Source: Sulfolobales archaeon
Lineage (GTDB): Archaea > Thermoproteota > Thermoprotei_A > Sulfolobales > NBVN01
Direction: 5' to 3'
Length of the DNA stretch: 21,216 bases
Assembly: GCA_038841535.1 (NCBI GenBank)
Contig: JAWBTQ010000020.1
Span: forward strand, 1-21,216
Shown in pieces: positions 17,349 to 21,216 of this stretch. Each line of letters starts with the position of its first letter. Position 1 is the stretch's first letter. A program made the position numbers and the translations under genes. The notes beneath the pieces are model-generated. The model did not search any database and was not told where the DNA came from. It saw only the letters and a program-made list of their open reading frames with translations.

Positions 17349-18026
17349 TCACCCTGAAGGTTCTTTGACTAGAACTCTACCACACCAACTCCAGCCAGCT
17401 TTAGATAGTAACTCGAATACCTTGCTTACTGCCTCTATGACTCTAGCTCTCTCTACGCCCGGCACTCCAGCCCCTAAAACAAATACTTCCGTAGTGTTGT
17501 CTTGTATGGCTGTCTCAACGCTATCTCTATGTGGGTAGAGGTGCATGACTACCCCCCTACTATCAACGAGTATGGGGATGCCCTTAGGCAGGGTCTCACT
17601 TCCACCTCCTATAGGATTGAAGACTTCTCCTCCCTTGCTTAGCGTTAGAGTGTAGGGAGGCAGTGACTTACTCATGTCGTAGAGACCTATAGGGACTCCA
17701 GTATATGCTGAAGCTATGTTACCTGCGTCTACAACGGTGTTTATCTTGGGGAAAGACCCCCTCAAACACCTTCTCACTAAGGCTTCACTAGAGGGTCTAA
17801 CCTTGGTTGGGTCTATGCCGATCCTCCAGAAGAAGTCTCTGTAAGCTCTAAACACGGCATAGCTCTTTACTGAGTCAAGAGTGTATTGAGAGCCTACGTA
17901 CTCAATCAGCTCACTCAATTCTTTTTCAAACACTAGTTGCTTCGGCTCTGTAACCCAAACAACTGTGTATGAGACATAAACACCAAGAGGGATGAGGGAC
18001 TTATCGACCTTCAGTAGTTCGTTCAT
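17349..18026 (-). CDS. Stand-alone B3/B4 (PheRS beta editing-like) domain protein
   Basis: YRDFFWRIGIDPTKVRPSSEALVRR, INTVVDAGNIAS, PIGLYD and YPHRDS motifs. ATG 18026 preferred over 18053 because of the adjacent GGTGAG. Confidence 0.88.
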   Translation of the reverse strand: MNELLKVDKSLIPLGVYVSYTVVWVTEPKQLVFEKELSELIEYVGSQYTLDSVKSYAVFRAYRDFFWRIGIDPTKVRPSSEALVRRCLRGSFPKINTVVDAGNIASAYTGVPIGLYDMSKSLPPYTLTLSKGGEVFNPIGGGSETLPKGIPILVDSRGVVMHLYPHRDSVETAIQDNTTEVFVLGAGVPGVERARVIEAVSKVFELLSKAGWSWCGRVLVKEPSG

Positions 18027-18125
18027 CTCACCACAGTATCTCAAAGTATACACCGAGTAAGGTATTAACTAGCTCGAATAAATTGGAAATGAACTCCGAA
18101 ATTCGCTAAAGCACTGTACAGTACT

Positions 18126-18138
18126 GAAACCTTTAAGA
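18126..18138 (+). promoter_or_regulatory. Putative BRE/TATA of sufCB (leaderless transcript)
   Basis: GAAACC-TTTAAG ends 27 nt before the ATG at 18165, and there is no RBS before that ATG. Confidence 0.5.
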
Positions 18139-18164
18139 GCGTAGTTCACATATTAATATACAGA

Positions 18165-18902
18165 ATGCTGCTGGAGTTAAGGAACGTCAGTGTGGCTCTA
18201 GGAGACCGCACCATAGTCTCAAACATCAACATTGGGGTAGACTCAAGAGAGCTCCACGTGCTTATAGGTCCAAACGGCTCGGGTAAGACATCACTGCTTA
18301 ACGCCATAATGGGGATCAAGCCCTACGAGGTCGTTAGCGGTCAGGTGCTTTTCATGGATTCAGACGTAACTCGGGAGCCTCCATACCTGAAAGCTAAGAG
18401 AGGTATAGCCATCGCACACCAGCTTCCACCGGTTCTTAAGGGTATCGTAGCCGGAAAGTTTGCTGATGAGTTAGTGAGGAGATACGGTGTCATGAGGATT
18501 TACGTAGACACACTCCTAGAAACGCTAGAAGTCAGGTACTTGTTGGATAGGTATTTATTTGATAAGATGAGTGGTGGTGAGAGAAAGAGATTGGAGATGT
18601 TTTTAACGCTGCTCGTTAGACCTAAGGTAGCGTTGCTTGACGAGCCAGATAGTGGTGTTGACATAGATAGCATGGAGAAGATGAGCAGAGCTATTCATGT
18701 AGCCCTCAACTCTGGGACGTCGGTAGTTTTAGTAACTCACTCACTACATATGATAAAGCTTCTGCGAGACTACATCAAGCTCGTCCACGTACTGTACGGC
18801 GGGACACTAATACTCTCAGGTCTATACGATGAGGTGGTTCCGCTGATCGAGAAGCACGGTTTCTCTGGGGCTCTATCGAGACTAGCCGGTGGTCCGCATT
18901 GA
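18165..18902 (+). CDS. sufC: Fe-S assembly ABC ATPase SufC/SmsC
   Basis: Walker A GPNGSGKT, signature MSGGERKRLE, Walker B LLDEPDSGVDID and H-loop VTH. Overlaps the sufB-like gene. Confidence 0.9.
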   Translation: MLLELRNVSVALGDRTIVSNINIGVDSRELHVLIGPNGSGKTSLLNAIMGIKPYEVVSGQVLFMDSDVTREPPYLKAKRGIAIAHQLPPVLKGIVAGKFADELVRRYGVMRIYVDTLLETLEVRYLLDRYLFDKMSGGERKRLEMFLTLLVRPKVALLDEPDSGVDIDSMEKMSRAIHVALNSGTSVVLVTHSLHMIKLLRDYIKLVHVLYGGTLILSGLYDEVVPLIEKHGFSGALSRLAGGPH

Positions 18903-20107
18903 ACCGAGATGAAGTACTTAAGGCCCTCAGTAAGCCCTCACCTTATGGTCCCGACGTTGACTTAAGTAGATTCGATATCGGTAGCTCGACTCCTGAGTCA
19001 GTCGATGAGCGAAGCGTTGAGAGGATAACGGATAGACTCGGTATTAGTGGTCAAGTGTTTAGGAGGGTTGACTACCTCCAAGTGAATGAGTCAGTAGTTG
19101 CTAAGGCTATGAGCGAGAAGCTCGTTAAGCACGGTGCCGTAGTTTTACCAACTCGTGAAGCCCTAAGGAAGCTTAACTGGGTATCTGCGTACTCGTGGAA
19201 GCTGATAGAGCCTACCATAGATAAATACACTGCGGCATCTTACCTATACGGCAGGGAGTCGGGTTTCTTTATCTATGTACCCCCAGGCATCAAGATCATG
19301 GAACCCATATACACATGCCTCTTCATAACTAAGAAGAACTACGCTCAATTACTCCACAATATAGTTGTTGTCGACGAGGGAGCTGAATTAAACCTAGTTA
19401 CTGGGTGTGGAGTACCCGACCAGCCGACGAAGTCTCTCCACGTTGGGGTCTCAGAGTTCTATGTAGGGAGAGGGGGAAAGCTTACATACACTATGATACA
19501 CGCTTGGGCCCCAGAGATGGTGGTGAGACCTAGGACTGCTGTAGAAGTTCTAGGGGGAGGGGAGTACGTCAGTTACTACGTAATTTACTCCCCAGTTGAG
19601 TCTCTCCAGACATATCCCAGAGTATACTTACGGGATAGAGCTAAAGCCACACTTAACTCTGTTGTCGTAGGTACTGGCAACAGCATATACGATGTCGGAT
19701 CGTCTGTGATCCTGAAAGGTGGGGAATCGTCGGGCGAGATACTGTCAAGAAACCTCAGTAAGGGAAGTTCAGTAATATACGCAAGATCCCGAATAGAGGG
19801 TGCTATCGGACCATCGAGAGGGCACATAGAGTGCCTGGGTCTCATTGATGGTCCAAGTGCGGTTATCGAGTCATTGCCTGAAATAAGCTCGTCAACTCCT
19901 GAAGCAGTTCTAACTCACGAAGCGGCTATAGGTAAGATTAGTGAGGAGCAATTAAGCTACCTTATGAGCAAGGGATTCACCGAGGAAGAAGCCCGCGCAG
20001 CTATAATCAAAGGCTTCCTAAGTATCGAAGAACCTAGACTACCACACCAAGTAATGGAGATAGTCAAGAGGACTATTGAGTACATAGCCTCGAGAGCTAC
20101 GGGATAA
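18899..20107 (+). CDS. sufB: Fe-S assembly scaffold SufB/SufD family (archaeal SmsB type)
   Basis: Beta-helix motifs QLLHNIVVV, HVGVSEFYV, VRPRT, GHIECLG, and THEAAIGKISEEQLSYLMSKGFTEEEA. Confidence 0.92.
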   Translation: MNRDEVLKALSKPSPYGPDVDLSRFDIGSSTPESVDERSVERITDRLGISGQVFRRVDYLQVNESVVAKAMSEKLVKHGAVVLPTREALRKLNWVSAYSWKLIEPTIDKYTAASYLYGRESGFFIYVPPGIKIMEPIYTCLFITKKNYAQLLHNIVVVDEGAELNLVTGCGVPDQPTKSLHVGVSEFYVGRGGKLTYTMIHAWAPEMVVRPRTAVEVLGGGEYVSYYVIYSPVESLQTYPRVYLRDRAKATLNSVVVGTGNSIYDVGSSVILKGGESSGEILSRNLSKGSSVIYARSRIEGAIGPSRGHIECLGLIDGPSAVIESLPEISSSTPEAVLTHEAAIGKISEEQLSYLMSKGFTEEEARAAIIKGFLSIEEPRLPHQVMEIVKRTIEYIASRATG

Positions 20108-20143
20108 GTTCCTCTACACGTCTACTGCGTTTCATGATCTCAG

Positions 20144-20274
20144 GACCTGCAGGCTATGTTGCCTGGGTCGGCTCATCCGGAGGTAGCTGCCTTGGGTCCT
20201 TGGGGAGTTACTAGAGAAGACCGAAAGCAGGGGCCCAGGTAGCTTGTACTATGTCTCGAGCACGGTGACTTCCG
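20144..20274 (+). ncRNA. Candidate structured RNA (GC-rich, multi-stem), family unknown
   Basis: Hand-folded: hairpin 20144-20169; 17-bp stem 20185-20202/20228-20244 with three G-U pairs; closing stem 20178-20184/20268-20274. GC is 61/100 over 20141-20240. Confidence 0.4.
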
Positions 20275-20392
20275 AACGTAAATTGTGATGTAATGAGTGT
20301 TTACCTATGTCACGTGAAGAAATAAGTTCGAGGGTTTATACTGACTTAAAAGTCCTGCTACCACTACTTGTTGTAGCAGCTTACTCGACTAG

Positions 20393-20442
20393 TTGATGAA
20401 GTCCTCGATCGCTGAAGCATGATGACGGCAGGGTTTACCTGA
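20393..20442 (+). ncRNA. Box C/D 2'-O-methylation guide sRNA (both guides probably target 16S rRNA)
   Basis: Box C TTGATGA 20393-20399; guide AGTCCTCGATCG; D' CTGA 20412-20415; C' ATGATGA 20419-20425; guide CGGCAGGGTTTAC; D CTGA 20439-20442. Confidence 0.9.
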
Positions 20443-20506
20443 CGTCTTTAATCCTTAAATGAGCTAATAACAATAACTAGTTACCCAGCAGTCGCTCGAG
20501 ACTACT

Positions 20507-21211
20507 TTAGTACGGTACTACCAGGACCTTAGTTCCCCCAAGGTTTACCACTCCTGTCCAGGCTCTCTGGTTTTTGAGTAACTCCGGAAGCTTCCTAATC
20601 GCTATTAAGTCCTCTTCAGTGAGAGGCCCAACTCTATACATTAAAAACGCGCAGCTTAGTCCAACAACAGCCGATGCATACAGGCCCTCCATAAACCTCG
20701 CTATGGCGGTAGCGACATCTCTTTCAGAAGGTGCGCAGGATAGCGGGTGAGTGTGTGCCTCGAGTATGACTCCGCTTACGTAAGGCAGCAAAATTTTATC
20801 TACTTCTCCTTCAGCTAGGTATACGTCACCCGTCTTCATTACAAAAAGGCTGTACTCTACTCTCGACTGCGAAGTTATGTAGGCAAAGTACTTTAGCTCG
20901 CTCAGTACTTCAAGTGCGTAGCGATGTGCTTCTTCCAGTAACCTCCCAGGGCGCTTACCACCCAATCCATTAATAAAGCGGACTTCTACACCGCTATCTC
21001 TCAGCTCCTCGAGTTCGAAGATGTCTTGACCTAAGGAGCAGTTGCTGTAGTAAACCCTCACTTCTCCGTCCTCAACGTCTCCGGAGGTTTCGCATCCGTA
21101 CTCTGAAGCCAGAGAGAAAAGTCCGTCCGCAAGTAGCACGTATGTCGAGAGCTTTACTGAGCTATCTATGCGGTAAAGCCTTTCTAGCTTGCTAGTAGTC
21201 AAGCACAGCAC
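20507..21211 (-). CDS. Hypothetical protein with JAB/MPN-like metal-binding motif
   Basis: RVEY...EAHTHPLSCAPSERD. An in-frame TAG just before GTG 21211 shows the ORF is complete in the window. Confidence 0.7.
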   Translation of the reverse strand: MLCLTTSKLERLYRIDSSVKLSTYVLLADGLFSLASEYGCETSGDVEDGEVRVYYSNCSLGQDIFELEELRDSGVEVRFINGLGGKRPGRLLEEAHRYALEVLSELKYFAYITSQSRVEYSLFVMKTGDVYLAEGEVDKILLPYVSGVILEAHTHPLSCAPSERDVATAIARFMEGLYASAVVGLSCAFLMYRVGPLTEEDLIAIRKLPELLKNQRAWTGVVNLGGTKVLVVPY

Positions 21212-21216
21212 CTAGT

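Noticed and set aside
17333-17359. Minus-strand GTGATGA...CTGA at the B3/B4 stop codon as a third C/D sRNA
   Set aside because: Only 7 nt separate the boxes and there is no second box pair. It is better explained as the stop codon within a small CTTCAG/CTGAAG hairpin.
18082-18100. ORB-like sequence TTGGAAATGAACTCC (replication origin)
   Set aside because: Single partial match, no G-string, no cdc6/whiP nearby, and the gap is only about 140 bp.
2381-19845. Short antisense or overlapping ORFs in the track (2381, 3939, 5808, 6924, 7500, 7779, 8525, 9188, 9773, 11315, 12419, 12755, 16228, 17329, 19585)
   Set aside because: They lie opposite well-supported genes, have Ser/Thr/Leu-rich shadow composition and show no motifs.
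20134-20214. 26-aa Gly/Ser/Cys-rich peptide ORF (MISGPAGYVAWVGSSGGSCLGSLGSY) as a RiPP precursor
   Set aside because: No RBS and no modifying enzymes nearby; the composition follows from the GC-rich stems.
20285-20344. Degenerate C/D-like boxes (GTGATGT, GTGAAGA, CTGA) upstream of the real sRNA
   Set aside because: Spacing is wrong (about 20-nt guides) and there is no D' box; TTTATA here may simply be promoter sequence.
1-21216. CRISPR array, tRNA, rRNA, integrase or intact transposase
   Set aside because: No regularly spaced repeats, cloverleaf/T-loop signatures or recombinase motifs were seen by eye.

Overview
This looks like crenarchaeal (Thermoprotei/Desulfurococcales-like) chromosomal DNA, judged from tfb/gar1, the archaeal-type uppS and sufCB, TATA promoters and GGTGA ribosome-binding sites. 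Left to right it holds: a truncated DegT-family aminotransferase; uppS; a gar1-tfb operon; a membrane-anchored hypothetical; a nucleotidyltransferase; a large membrane-anchored subtilase with a coiled-coil stalk; a small membrane protein plus a TctA-type permease; a His-rich small protein; a three-gene luxE-like/luxC-like/extended-SDR operon; a membrane metal-dependent hydrolase; an MFS transporter; a stand-alone B3/B4 protein; sufC-sufB; and a JAB-like protein. The most notable system is the LuxE/LuxC fatty-acid-reductase-like operon, which has both catalytic cysteines but no luxAB/luxD in the window, in an organism expected to make isoprenoid ether lipids. A hairpin between luxE and luxC hides the luxC ribosome-binding site. 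Outside the ORF track there are two clear box C/D guide sRNAs (4505-4553, overlapping a start codon, and 20393-20442), a GC-rich multi-stem candidate ncRNA (about 20144-20274) and two possible IS200/IS605 end remnants. Family assignments come from motif recognition and rRNA targets from recalled sequence; no searches were run.
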